64,000 bases of DNA from the NCBI GenBank assembly GCA_964578845.1, contig CAZOEF010000003.1, positions 5,009-69,008 on the forward strand. Reading direction: 5' to 3'. The DNA comes from Candidatus Woesearchaeota archaeon. GTDB taxonomy: Archaea > Nanobdellota > Nanobdellia > Pacearchaeales > GW2011-AR1. The notes below the pieces were generated by a model. It was not told where the DNA came from. It saw nothing but the letters and a program-made list of their open reading frames with translations, and did not search any database. Positions 54,433 to 64,000 of this stretch are shown here, piece after piece. Made by a program: the position numbers and the translations under genes. Numbering within the stretch: the stretch's first letter is position 1; each line of letters starts with the position of its first letter.

Positions 54433-56130
54433 CTACCAATTGTCCTCATTCCTTCTTCTCAAGAAAAACACTACAATCAGGGCTATGATCAATAATATTA
54501 TTATCGCGATTATCAGGACTGTCAACATAGATATGCTCTGGATGCCAAACTCAAATCTGCCTTGGAATACTTTAACTAAGCTATCTTCCTTCTCGCCATA
54601 ATAGACTATCAAATCTACAAAAGAGTTGTCTTCTAGGTCTTCATCAGTCAATTCCTGTTCTATGAATATATTTCTTTTCTTTCCTGAAGGTATCTGTATA
54701 CTTCCTTCTGAACCTATTGTTGTCGGCTCACCATCTATCAATAGCTCATTCATCTCTACATCTGCCCAGCAGTCAACATCTGCAGTGTTCTTGATATTTA
54801 CAACAAATCCTCCCTTTGGTTTGCTATAAGTGACTTTCTTGACATCTATCTCGCAACTATCCAAAACATTTATTATGCTTATGTCTACATTGCCTTCAAA
54901 CACCCTGTCCATTGAACTAGGGGTATCTCCATAAAGGGTAAAGATATCAACAGATAAGTCATCACCTGACAAGTCTACATCTGAGTAAAGCACTGTCTTA
55001 TAATCATTTGGAGCAATAAAAATAGCATCAGTATCCCCGAATCTGGCCCCTACCCCATTTTCATCCCTCGGAGTAAGAGTTCCTTTGAAATATACTGGCA
55101 CGCTGGACTCGCTCCTATAAGTTATCTCTAAATTAGATGTTGCCCGATTATATTTAGCAGAATAGACTGAAAGATCAAGTACTGGGACAGGCAAGTAGAA
55201 CAGATCAAGTCCCTCGACAGAGGCAATTGGCCCAGTCGGATTCCTGGCCCCCCTAGCAAATTTGACTATCACGCTTAATCCAGTGCTTCTTCTTATATTT
55301 GTAGCGGCGCCAACCAAGTCTGATCCCACTAAGACTCCGACAGTGAACTCAGAGCTTTTCAAATATTCACTTATCTGCTCAGGAACATTTTCCTTTCCAG
55401 TGAAGAGTATAGGGTCAAAGCCGGTCATCAGCCCCTTTTCTATGAATTCCCCATTTGATAATGCTACCTGCTGAGTCGGATTTATCTCAAGATATTTTTC
55501 AACAATATCAATATTGTCCTGGAATCTGTCACCGTTATCTATTATCTCAGGATCATATTGTTCTAATGCTTCAGTGACTTCCCTGTCCACATGTCCGTAA
55601 ATAATGATCTCATTGACATCTCTTCCTTCTAGAATAGATTCTATATCAGCTATATTAGTCCTGTCTGCAAAAAATACCCATGCATCATCGTGGACTGCAT
55701 AAGGTGCGACAGCTATTGCATTATACCCGTAAGTATTCCCGACAATTATGAAATTATTTATTTCTGGAAGGTCATTTATAAGTTCGAGATTTGCATTCTC
55801 AAGAGTCACCTCATCAACATCAGAGAATCCCTGGCTCTCAAGATAGTTAGGATAATTCAGTGTGAATTGCTTGTTTCTTACGCTGATGATCCTTAAGTTA
55901 AGGTCGTGGTTCAATCCTGATGCTAAAATAGGCCCGTGTCTTGTGCTAACCAGAAAATCACTCTGGACTCCTGCAAGATTGCCAAAGTGCACAACTGAAT
56001 AAACATCCCTCCAATCTTCTGAATTTGAGATGAGGTAATCAAAATCCCTCTCCTGTGCAAATGCACTATGCAGGTTAATGGCTATTAATATAAACAGCAG
56101 AAAAAAGTAAACACTCCTCTTAATCCTCAT
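54433..56130 (-). CDS. Secreted protein (565 aa) with a C-terminal TM anchor, possibly with cell-wall-binding-repeat-2-like modules
   Basis: The signal is VYFFLLFILIAINLHSAFA. The C-terminal helix LTVLIIAIIILLIIALIVVFFL is followed by RRRNEDNW. The repeat assignment is tentative. Confidence 0.6.
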   Translation of the reverse strand: MRIKRSVYFFLLFILIAINLHSAFAQERDFDYLISNSEDWRDVYSVVHFGNLAGVQSDFLVSTRHGPILASGLNHDLNLRIISVRNKQFTLNYPNYLESQGFSDVDEVTLENANLELINDLPEINNFIIVGNTYGYNAIAVAPYAVHDDAWVFFADRTNIADIESILEGRDVNEIIIYGHVDREVTEALEQYDPEIIDNGDRFQDNIDIVEKYLEINPTQQVALSNGEFIEKGLMTGFDPILFTGKENVPEQISEYLKSSEFTVGVLVGSDLVGAATNIRRSTGLSVIVKFARGARNPTGPIASVEGLDLFYLPVPVLDLSVYSAKYNRATSNLEITYRSESSVPVYFKGTLTPRDENGVGARFGDTDAIFIAPNDYKTVLYSDVDLSGDDLSVDIFTLYGDTPSSMDRVFEGNVDISIINVLDSCEIDVKKVTYSKPKGGFVVNIKNTADVDCWADVEMNELLIDGEPTTIGSEGSIQIPSGKKRNIFIEQELTDEDLEDNSFVDLIVYYGEKEDSLVKVFQGRFEFGIQSISMLTVLIIAIIILLIIALIVVFFLRRRNEDNW

Positions 56131-56208
56131 AATTGTTTTATTCCCTGGCTATTTATAAAAGTTGCTAGATTTCCAAAAAAATATAAAGCATGATGAAGTT
56201 AACCGGTT

Positions 56209-57015
56209 ATGTTCAGGTTATCCCACCTTCTGCTAAATCCCAAAAAAGCGTCAAGGCACCCCTTAGAGATGCTGCTAGTTGGATTTTTCTATGCCTCATT
56301 ATCATTGCTGCTAAGCCTTTGGATATTTCCAGGTCATGCCTCATTGACAATGGTATTCCTGACAATTATCTCCTGTTTATATGTTGTTCAGGGGGCAATA
56401 ATTAAGGAAGCGGAAAAAGAGAGAAAATTGGATTCTGAGAAGATGCTGATAAAACATCATGCTAGAACCCTAATGTTCCTGCTTTTCTTGTTTATTGGGT
56501 TCTTATTGGCATTTATGTTCTGGACAATTGTTCTGCCAGGCTCAATAGTATCAGCAGTATTTAATATGCAGATGTCAGAAATAAATAATATAAGGGCAGT
56601 TACAGGAAATGCTATAAGCAATAATGGATTCAATTTGATTCTTGAGAATAATATGAAGGTTTTATGTATATCCCTGCTGTTCGCAATATTCTACGGTGCT
56701 GGTGCGATTTTCATCCTTGCATGGAACGCCAGTGTCATGGGGTTTGTTATGGGGGAGCTTGTGAGAAACACTCTGGGCTTTGCATCGCTGCCACTGGTCT
56801 TTGCAAGATATTTTCTGCACGGCATTCCTGAGATGATTGCATATTTCATTGCAGCTTTATCAGGAGGGATAATATTCATCACTATACTAAGGTCAGATTT
56901 CAGCAAAGAAAAACTGAAAAGGACAGCGATAGACATATTTTCATTAATAACTCTCTCTTTGCTTATATTAATAATTGCAGCTTTCCTGGAAGCATATGTT
57001 TCCCCATTGATTTAA
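56209..57015 (+). CDS. SpoIIM/DUF95-family integral membrane protein
   Basis: It has multiple TM helices. The block FLHGIPEMIAYFIAALSGG is typical of the family. Confidence 0.6.
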   Translation: MFRLSHLLLNPKKASRHPLEMLLVGFFYASLSLLLSLWIFPGHASLTMVFLTIISCLYVVQGAIIKEAEKERKLDSEKMLIKHHARTLMFLLFLFIGFLLAFMFWTIVLPGSIVSAVFNMQMSEINNIRAVTGNAISNNGFNLILENNMKVLCISLLFAIFYGAGAIFILAWNASVMGFVMGELVRNTLGFASLPLVFARYFLHGIPEMIAYFIAALSGGIIFITILRSDFSKEKLKRTAIDIFSLITLSLLILIIAAFLEAYVSPLI

Positions 57016-60000
57016 GCTTGAGTCCAGTTTACATCCTGTGCAACTGATACTTCGTATCCCTTTTCTATAATGATTGGGAAATTATTTCCTATGAATCCTG
57101 GTCCGAAAGGATTTGGTATTAATCCCTGGGATGTTTGCATCTGCGCATTCCAATTAGTAATCGCATCAGCACCTGTTATATTTTCTATTAGAGAAGTTGC
57201 ATTAACTAGTTTTGTTCCTGCATATAATGATATCCAGTTCTTGCCAAAATCTGTTGAATTTTTTATCAGTATTATATCCATCGGACGATTAGTTATTCCT
57301 GTCAAGCTCCAATTATAAGGGCTATCAGTATCACTGTCAACATTTAGCTCGTAACCTTTCCCGCTTTCTAGGTTAAAGTTGCAATTGGTGTCTGTACATG
57401 ATGGGAAAGAAGGACAGGAGAACTCATTGCAAGTTACTCTTTCCTGGCGCGTGGCATTCCAGGTAGTCAATGCAGTTATGTTGATTATTTCATTCAGGGA
57501 CTGGCTTGCAGTTGTCATGTATGAGGGTCTTGTCGGGAATCCAATCCAGTTCCTTGTGTTGCCATTATGCATAAAAGTATATACATGCGCCCCGAAATAA
57601 TCTTCACTCGCATTCTGGCCAGTAGGATTTACTGAATCAACCCTGTAGAATCTTCTGGTATGTCCTGCAAAATTTGTATCAGTATAATTTAGCATAGAGG
57701 TTTCATTTAACAAAATAAATTCTCCAGGGATTCTATCTGCGTAATATATTTTGTAGGATAATGCGTTGCTTACCTCATCCCACGAAAGGGTGATATTCCC
57801 CGTCCCATCGTTGCTGCTCTGGGTTATATTTGACAAAATTGTTTGGTTAGGAAAAAAGAACGAAGCAAAAGTGAAATTAGTGCTATTCGTCCCGATATTT
57901 CCAGCTCCGTCTGTGCATTCTATATTCCAGATATAAAATCCTTCCTCTTCAACATCAACTCCGGAGAAATTTCCAGTGTCAATTGGATTGCTTGAACTTT
58001 GGTTAAGGTGCCATCCATTGCTCCAATTTCCATAGAGCGAGCAATTGCTTATATATAATAAATCACTAACACTATAATTGAATTCTGGAATTGAAAGATT
58101 TGAAAAATTAGTATGGTCTATGGGATAAAGCAGGTTGACTTGTGGAGGAGTGTAATCAGTTGTAAATGTATTTTCCAGGACTGAATCTCCACAGTTTCCA
58201 GCATTATCACATGCAAGGCAGTTCCATATGAAATTACCTTCTCCGGGTGCTGCGCTAAAAGAATAATTCACATTATTTATTCCGCTTGTATTAGTCTGGT
58301 TGATATGTTCTCCCTGTGAACTCCAGTTCCCGAACAAGCTTACGTTTGAAATAGAGTTATCATCCTCTACGAAACAGCTGAAATCCACATTAGTGAGTGA
58401 AGTGTTTATAAAACTAGCAGGTGAATTTAATGTGACTATCGGTGCTATTATGTCAGTCCTTACTTCTGCCTCTATTTGGTCAGTAGCTATATCTACAAAT
58501 CTATTAGAAGGATTTCCACTTGATGGCGCAGCAGAAAACGATCTTGCAAGTATAATTATCCAGCCTGAGCTGTTTACAATATCCGAAAAGCTATTTGTAT
58601 AGGCCAGGTTTCTTGTCTGTTCTGCATTATCGGTATTGTAACTTGCAAATTGGCTATAACCTCCTGCGCTGTTGTTGAATACTGAGAGGATAAATCCATC
58701 TGTTCCAGACCCCGTATTCCCAAATCCTCTCCAGGTAAGATTTATCATAGTCACCTCATTTAATGGCTCGTCTATCTTGATCTCAAATCTTGAAAATGCG
58801 AATGATCCTTCTCCAGCCTGAAAATCCTGGAAAATATCATCATCATCAACTAAGTCATTATAAGGATCATTTATCTCTGTAATGGTTGTCTCGCTAGTGC
58901 CTTCAAATGCTGTATTGAAAGTTAAGTTGTTATAATTATAAATTCTGCTTCCGAACCCTACACCTAATGAAGCGCTTCCCTGGTTATCGCTGGAGGAATC
59001 ATAGAATATTTCAGGATAATCCGTAATGTTGCAAGAATAAGAGAATGAACCTGCAAAAAACGTCCTTATAGGTATTGAAGCTAGTCCATTGCTGTCAGTC
59101 AAGTTGCTTCCTATTAATCCAGTGCTATTATAAAATGAGACATTATAATCAGCTAGAGGTTCTGATGTGGCGCTATCAGTCACTTCACAATAGAAGGTCG
59201 CGTTTGCCATTAAGTCTACTCCTGAAGGATCCATGAATGAATTGCTTATTTCTGATAATCCCCATAGCTCGAAATTTCTTGCAGCAGTCGCATTTTCATT
59301 GCCTGAAGTATCATTTGCATAGATTTTCCATGAGATAACACTACCAGGGATAATAGTCGTATTCGACCAATTGAAGCTGCTGATTGAATCTGTCCCGCTC
59401 AGGCCTTGAGGTGAATTATATAACCCGCTCCAATTTATCCAGGTTCCTGTCTGATTTGTGGAAAGCCATGCGCTTTCCATTCCTGTAACGTCTAGCCATC
59501 TTGCTGATAAATTTACTTCCTGCCCTCTATATACCTTGTTAATTTTTGAGTTATTGATAGTCTGGTTAAGCTCAGTATAAGACGGAGGGACTATATCAAT
59601 GAGAGTTATATTTCTTGTCGGAGTAGATCCAAAATTCCCTAAAATATCATAAACACTGACATTGTAATAATACAATTTATTATTATTTTGCAGCCCTTGC
59701 CAGGTTATTGTACTGACAGGGTTTGTATATGTTGTCCTATTTTCTAAACCAGTGCTGTTGTAAAGCTCATAAGTGATATTGGCGAAATTGCTTTCAGTTA
59801 TAGAAACATTCACAAAAATAGAGTTTGCAGCCATACTTGCTCCGTCGGGTTCTGTGCCTGTGATGAATGATACTATAGGATTTGTATTATCTAATAAGAT
59901 AGATCTCGTCTCACTTGAATTTGAGTTGCTAGAATAGTCAAATGCTGTTGCATTAAAAAAATACTCTCCGTCCTGGAGATTTGAAAAATTAAAGAAAGCA

Positions 60001-63000
60001 GGGGAATTAAAAGATGCTGATGTATTGATCAGGCTGGTCGAATTATAGAGATTTACTGTGATATTCATCAGGTTTATATCGTTTGCAGTCACATTTAATA
60101 AAATATAATCTTGAGAGGCATTAGCTCCTGAGTCTAATGTTGGCTGGACAAATTGTATTCCATATGGGGCAGCAGTGTCCAAAACCAAGGTTCTTGTTTG
60201 AGTGAGATTTGTATTGTTAGCTATGTCCATGACACTTACATTAAAGCTATATTGCCCGTCCGGAAGGCTTGTCCAGTTTATTGTCCTTCTTGAATCTGTG
60301 TAAATAGTTTCATTTACTAAAGAGGTTGAGTTGAATAGCCTGAAGATTAGACTGGCGAAATTTGCTTCATCCACTGAAGCATTGGCAAAAATATTGCTCT
60401 TTGATAAGTTTGCCCCACTTATTTCTGTCCCTTGTCCATATTCTATAAGTGGAAATATTGTATCTATTGTGAATCCTCTTGTTTTGTTCCCCACATTTCC
60501 TGTAGAGTCATTCGCATAGAAATTAACTAAATACTCTCCGTCTACTATTGAAGAGTTTGTTGCGTTCCAGTTTATATTGTCTGTACTGGACATTGAGATA
60601 TTATTGATCCCGTTATCTAGTGTATACCATGCACTGCTGCCATTTTCATCAAGAGTTATGTCAAAGGATAAAAAGCTTTCATTTATTCCTGCTCCTTCAA
60701 ACTCAGGATTATTGATTGTTATAACAGGAGGCTGCAAGTCAAGAACTGTCAAGGTCAAAGTGCGCGTCTCTGTTGAATTTGAATTTCCCAAGATGTCTGT
60801 GACGCTGACATTATATGAATAATCTATATTTGACTGGCTTAATCCTGTCCAGTTAAATTCTGTGACTGGCGTGTTGAAAATTGTCCTGTTTTCTAAACCA
60901 GTGCTGTTGTAAAGCTCATAAGTGATATTGGCGAAATTTGCCTCGCTTATTGTTACTTTGACAGGAATATAATTCTCTCCAAAAAAGCTCCCATTAGGTC
61001 TTGTTGGAGGAGTAACGAAACTTAATGAAGGAGCTATACTGTCTACAAAAAAAGTCACTTTTTCAGAATCGTTTAAATTTCCTGCAGAGTCATTCGCATA
61101 AACATTGAGAGTGGTCACGCCTTGCAGAGCAGAATATATTATGTCCTGACAACTATTAAGAGTATTATTGGTAATTCCCCCATCATCAGAATACCAGCAT
61201 GATTCTAAGCCCGAATCTACAGCTGAAAAATTAAGCAGCAAGGAGTTTGTCGTGTAATTGATAGGCTGAGGGCTAAATATGATCACACTGGGGTTGATTG
61301 TATCGATTCCAAATACTCTGGAGGAAGTTCCAGTATTTCCTGCAGAGTCATTCGCATAGAAATTAACTAAATACTCTCCGTCTGCTATTGAAGAGTTTGT
61401 TGCGTTCCAGTTTATATTGTCTGTACTGGACATTGAGATATTATTGATCCCGTTATCTAGTGTATACCATGCTAAATCTGCAGGCTCGCTCAGGGAAATA
61501 TTGAAATTGATCAGGGAAGATGAAAAATTATCAGCATTAGGTGAGTTAATATTTATGACTGGATCTGTTGAATCAATAGTTATTGTCCTGTTTTCAGAAA
61601 CATTGCAATTATTAGAGATATCGCAAGCCTGGATTGCCCAGACAAAAGTCCCGTCTGGAAGTTCTTGGTTAAACTCATATACACTATCCAAGCCAGAGCT
61701 GTTTGTAAGATTTCTTGAGAATGATCCTGTCCAGTTTCCAAATAAAGAGACGTTTGCAATACCGGAATTATCTGAGATGCTTGCATTAAATATTACATTT
61801 TGATCGTTTGTTATGAAGTCATTAGCTGGTGAATCCAGTGTTATGGAAGGCGGCTCAAAATCCGATGAGGCAAATGCAAATATCACATCAATATAAGGAG
61901 GAATATGGCTGACATTATCAAAACTGACTGTCAATAGGTGTGTATGCTGGTCATCTCCTGCGTTTGCGCCTGCACCAGTCCTTCTGGATTCTGTACTGGA
62001 TGGTGGGCCTGTATTGAATTGTGCATTAGGATGGGAATGAGTATTTGCCCCTCCTGTTCCACCATATGAATCATCTCCCTGCAAAAACCTCTGGAAAAAT
62101 GGCTGGCCTGATGAAGAGACCACATCCCACCCTTGAGGAGGTGTTGAATTGAACATCGCTATTAAGCCTGTTCCTGCCCATGATGAATACGGCAATGAAA
62201 TATCAGAAAGTGCGACTGCAAAAGTAACATTTATGAAAGGAGGCCTGTTGTCAACACTTGCTGTGCTTCCTGTTCCTGCAGGGTGTGTGTGCCCATCACT
62301 CGCTACTAAAGTTGTACTTCCCCCGTTTCTAGTTACTGATGTTCCGCTGGATGAATCTAATCCTGCTGAAATAATATGGCTGTGAGTATTGCTGCCTCCA
62401 TTTGTATTTGAAGTTGCATTAGCTAAAGCAAACCTGCCATCTAGAGCTGAATATCTCTGCCAATTCTCAGGCAAATCAGTTGTATTGAATATAGCTATTG
62501 CTCCCTGAGGAATAATCGAAGGGATATCTGTTCCATTATATCTAATGACTTTCAAAGTGCTGAAAGCTGGATAATTTGATTCTGTGCTAACGCTTGGCGA
62601 GGTTAATGTAGAGTGTGTGTGGAATTCAGCAGAAGATACCTGATTTTGAGAATCAACTGCTTGCCCTGCTCCTGATCCTATTAACACTAATGACATTGAA
62701 TGTGTATGAGTAGTTGTCCCGCCTGTTCCTCCATAAGTCCCTGCCCCTCTTACAAACCTTCCAAAGAAATCATCTCCTGTATTGCAGGAAACACACTCCC
62801 ACCCGTTAGGAGCATCATCTGTTCCGTTATAAAATAAATAAAGTTCGCCATTATATACTGCATCGTTTGCCATCTGCCATTGCCTTCTTTCCTCAAAATG
62901 GCCTATTCTTAAGGGTCCTAAAAAGAATAAATCAGGGCTCTGATCAGGAGCGTCAAATTCATACAAGAATTGATAAGTTTCTCCTGCTGTGAATTCAGCT

Positions 63001-64000
63001 TTCCAGGTCAAGATTTTTGTGTCCCCTTCAATCCTTGTCTGGGCCCCCTCGATATCAAATAAAGCCGGCACTTTTTCCTCAACAATCCCTGAATAATCCT
63101 CATTTGCTTTTATAGTAATATTCATTTCATACGGCTGGGCTGGATAAAGCCTTGTCGGCCCGGTTCTTTTAATATCGAAAGGCAAGTTATTCCTGACCTC
63201 AAAACTATCCAAAATATTTCTCATTCCATTATTTGTGTATGCAGTCAGGTTCATCAAATATATCCCTGTTTGTCCTGTTTCATATTCAGTATAATAATCA
63301 GGCAAATTAGTTACTCCGCTGATTCTGCAGCTATCAGAAATAGTTATACTCCCCTCTTCAGTGGACAATACTGTTTTCCTGCCATTTGGAGAAGTTATCT
63401 CAAGAATGACATCTGCATTGCATACCATTCTTCCAAGATCATCAAGTATAGCCATTCCAATAAAAGCTTCTTCATTCTCTAAGTAAATAGATTTGTCTGT
63501 ATTTATCGCTAATACGCCCCATAAAAAATCATTCTCTATCGTAGTAGTATCTCCATTTCCATCCAAGAATATCGTCTTCAGAAAGTATTTGCCAGGTTTT
63601 AATGATTTCACCCTATTTATCTTCAAGGAATTATTTTCATATATTGTTTCTAAAGGCATGACTTCTCCATTTGAATTCCTTATCTCTGAACTCACATAGG
63701 TCAATTCTGGCAAAGACTCATTAGAATTAGAAAATAATTCTTTAATCCTGTCAACAAGGCTAGATTCTGTTTCAATATCTTTCCTCGCCAGGTTAAATGT
63801 AGGATCTTCACTCAATGAGAAGCTTGGCTTTCCAGGCTTTAATATTAGATCAATATTTATTAAATCTGAGTCATTAAGAATCTCCATAGCTGTACTATTC
63901 AATGTAATATTATTTGGTTGAATGTTTTGTTCAATAGCTTGGCCAACAAAAAAGGAATACTCTTTCCTTCCCTTGCTGTTCTCAACAATTAAATTATATT
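57012..64000 (-). CDS. Giant surface protein, 5' end outside the window (more than 2296 aa), with 3 tail-collar-like repeats, many Ig-like repeats and an FN3-like module
   Basis: The track start at 63902 is a TTG. My own translation of 63903..63998 in the same frame has no stop (…YNLIVENSKGRKEYSFFVGQAIEQNIQPNNIT), so the ORF is open to the window edge. The tail-collar-like repeats lie at 61866..62849. Confidence 0.85.
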   Translation of the reverse strand, partial: YNLIVENSKGRKEYSFFVGQAIEQNIQPNNITLNSTAMEILNDSDLINIDLILKPGKPSFSLSEDPTFNLARKDIETESSLVDRIKELFSNSNESLPELTYVSSEIRNSNGEVMPLETIYENNSLKINRVKSLKPGKYFLKTIFLDGNGDTTTIENDFLWGVLAINTDKSIYLENEEAFIGMAILDDLGRMVCNADVILEITSPNGRKTVLSTEEGSITISDSCRISGVTNLPDYYTEYETGQTGIYLMNLTAYTNNGMRNILDSFEVRNNLPFDIKRTGPTRLYPAQPYEMNITIKANEDYSGIVEEKVPALFDIEGAQTRIEGDTKILTWKAEFTAGETYQFLYEFDAPDQSPDLFFLGPLRIGHFEERRQWQMANDAVYNGELYLFYNGTDDAPNGWECVSCNTGDDFFGRFVRGAGTYGGTGGTTTHTHSMSLVLIGSGAGQAVDSQNQVSSAEFHTHSTLTSPSVSTESNYPAFSTLKVIRYNGTDIPSIIPQGAIAIFNTTDLPENWQRYSALDGRFALANATSNTNGGSNTHSHIISAGLDSSSGTSVTRNGGSTTLVASDGHTHPAGTGSTASVDNRPPFINVTFAVALSDISLPYSSWAGTGLIAMFNSTPPQGWDVVSSSGQPFFQRFLQGDDSYGGTGGANTHSHPNAQFNTGPPSSTESRRTGAGANAGDDQHTHLLTVSFDNVSHIPPYIDVIFAFASSDFEPPSITLDSPANDFITNDQNVIFNASISDNSGIANVSLFGNWTGSFSRNLTNSSGLDSVYEFNQELPDGTFVWAIQACDISNNCNVSENRTITIDSTDPVININSPNADNFSSSLINFNISLSEPADLAWYTLDNGINNISMSSTDNINWNATNSSIADGEYLVNFYANDSAGNTGTSSRVFGIDTINPSVIIFSPQPINYTTNSLLLNFSAVDSGLESCWYSDDGGITNNTLNSCQDIIYSALQGVTTLNVYANDSAGNLNDSEKVTFFVDSIAPSLSFVTPPTRPNGSFFGENYIPVKVTISEANFANITYELYNSTGLENRTIFNTPVTEFNWTGLSQSNIDYSYNVSVTDILGNSNSTETRTLTLTVLDLQPPVITINNPEFEGAGINESFLSFDITLDENGSSAWYTLDNGINNISMSSTDNINWNATNSSIVDGEYLVNFYANDSTGNVGNKTRGFTIDTIFPLIEYGQGTEISGANLSKSNIFANASVDEANFASLIFRLFNSTSLVNETIYTDSRRTINWTSLPDGQYSFNVSVMDIANNTNLTQTRTLVLDTAAPYGIQFVQPTLDSGANASQDYILLNVTANDINLMNITVNLYNSTSLINTSASFNSPAFFNFSNLQDGEYFFNATAFDYSSNSNSSETRSILLDNTNPIVSFITGTEPDGASMAANSIFVNVSITESNFANITYELYNSTGLENRTTYTNPVSTITWQGLQNNNKLYYYNVSVYDILGNFGSTPTRNITLIDIVPPSYTELNQTINNSKINKVYRGQEVNLSARWLDVTGMESAWLSTNQTGTWINWSGLYNSPQGLSGTDSISSFNWSNTTIIPGSVISWKIYANDTSGNENATAARNFELWGLSEISNSFMDPSGVDLMANATFYCEVTDSATSEPLADYNVSFYNSTGLIGSNLTDSNGLASIPIRTFFAGSFSYSCNITDYPEIFYDSSSDNQGSASLGVGFGSRIYNYNNLTFNTAFEGTSETTITEINDPYNDLVDDDDIFQDFQAGEGSFAFSRFEIKIDEPLNEVTMINLTWRGFGNTGSGTDGFILSVFNNSAGGYSQFASYNTDNAEQTRNLAYTNSFSDIVNSSGWIIILARSFSAAPSSGNPSNRFVDIATDQIEAEVRTDIIAPIVTLNSPASFINTSLTNVDFSCFVEDDNSISNVSLFGNWSSQGEHINQTNTSGINNVNYSFSAAPGEGNFIWNCLACDNAGNCGDSVLENTFTTDYTPPQVNLLYPIDHTNFSNLSIPEFNYSVSDLLYISNCSLYGNWSNGWHLNQSSSNPIDTGNFSGVDVEEEGFYIWNIECTDGAGNIGTNSTNFTFASFFFPNQTILSNITQSSNDGTGNITLSWDEVSNALSYKIYYADRIPGEFILLNETSMLNYTDTNFAGHTRRFYRVDSVNPTGQNASEDYFGAHVYTFMHNGNTRNWIGFPTRPSYMTTASQSLNEIINITALTTWNATRQERVTCNEFSCPSFPSCTDTNCNFNLESGKGYELNVDSDTDSPYNWSLTGITNRPMDIILIKNSTDFGKNWISLYAGTKLVNATSLIENITGADAITNWNAQMQTSQGLIPNPFGPGFIGNNFPIIIEKGYEVSVAQDVNWTQA
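59732..59789. repeat. 58-bp intragenic repeat, copy A (partner at 60881..60938)
   Basis: The copies have one mismatch at an offset of 1149 bp (383 aa). They encode NFANITYELYNSTGLENRT. Confidence 0.9.
60497..60632. repeat. 136-bp near-identical intragenic repeat, copy A
   Basis: It matches 61337..61472 with 2 mismatches at an offset of 840 bp (280 aa). It encodes AWYTLDNGINNISMSSTDNINWNATNSSI(A/V)DGEYLVNFYANDS. Confidence 0.9.
61337..61472. repeat. 136-bp near-identical intragenic repeat, copy B
   Basis: It is compared with copy A above. A third, partial copy (tttcctgcagagtcattcgcata) is at about 61077..61100. Confidence 0.9.

Noticed and set aside
54222-54449. A 75-aa ORF (…NYVNAELVMNYVNAELVMNY…) is listed in the track.
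   Set aside because: Its repetitive peptide is simply the translation of the 27-bp tandem repeat and palindrome array, and it overlaps the 3' end of the 565-aa gene. I read it as non-coding repeat DNA.
60497-61472. I considered whether this is a diversity-generating retroelement (template/variable repeat pair) in the giant surface gene.
   Set aside because: The two 136-bp copies differ at only 2 positions with no adenine-specific pattern. Both copies are in-frame coding repeats, and no reverse transcriptase gene is in the window.
1-64000. I looked for tRNA, rRNA, transposase, integrase and prophage genes.
   Set aside because: Reading the intergenic regions, I found no T-loop-like GTTCRAATC context with a matching acceptor stem and no rRNA-like segment. 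No ORF has recognisable DDE transposase, tyrosine or serine recombinase, capsid or terminase motifs. tRNAscan-SE or Infernal should confirm the RNA part.

Overview
The window is AT-rich, compact and mostly coding. I read it as an archaeal chromosome fragment. The evidence is a GINS subunit, an archaeal-type cofactor-independent phosphoglycerate mutase, FtsY and SRP54, and TATA-like boxes about 25 nt upstream of many start codons, which suggests leaderless transcripts. The giant surface proteins and dense toxin-antitoxin content suggest a small-celled DPANN-like lineage, but that is inference only. All domain calls come from motifs read by eye in the supplied translations. No searches were run, and GC statements are visual impressions, not computed values. 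The window has four blocks. (1) 1-11.6 kb holds housekeeping genes interleaved with PIN/RHH and DUF2283-type two-gene modules, a NYN gene flanked by 25-bp direct repeats, and radC. (2) 11.6-25.4 kb is a defence island. It is a type I R-M system (hsdM, hsdS, hsdR) split apart by seven co-oriented or embedded passenger genes, followed by MazG-like, DUF3800-like and patatin-like genes. (3) 28.6-48 kb is the most interesting region. It is a cell-surface locus with a 2798-aa LamG/CARDB/Ig-repeat adhesin translationally coupled to an unlisted 54-aa AbrB-like ORF. It also has three mid-size secreted proteins (two are clear paralogs) and a 973-aa stalk-like protein. A divergent operon encodes a bitopic membrane protein whose cytoplasmic half is a HerA/FtsK-like P-loop ATPase. 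I could not match this gene set to any appendage or transfer system I know. (4) 48-64 kb holds a P-type ATPase, a paralog pair of unknown function, a CcdA-type redox module, an intergenic palindrome/tandem-repeat array, and a second giant surface protein. That protein runs off the window edge and contains three tandem phage-tail-collar-like repeats. I found no rRNA, tRNA, CRISPR array, transposase or integrase.
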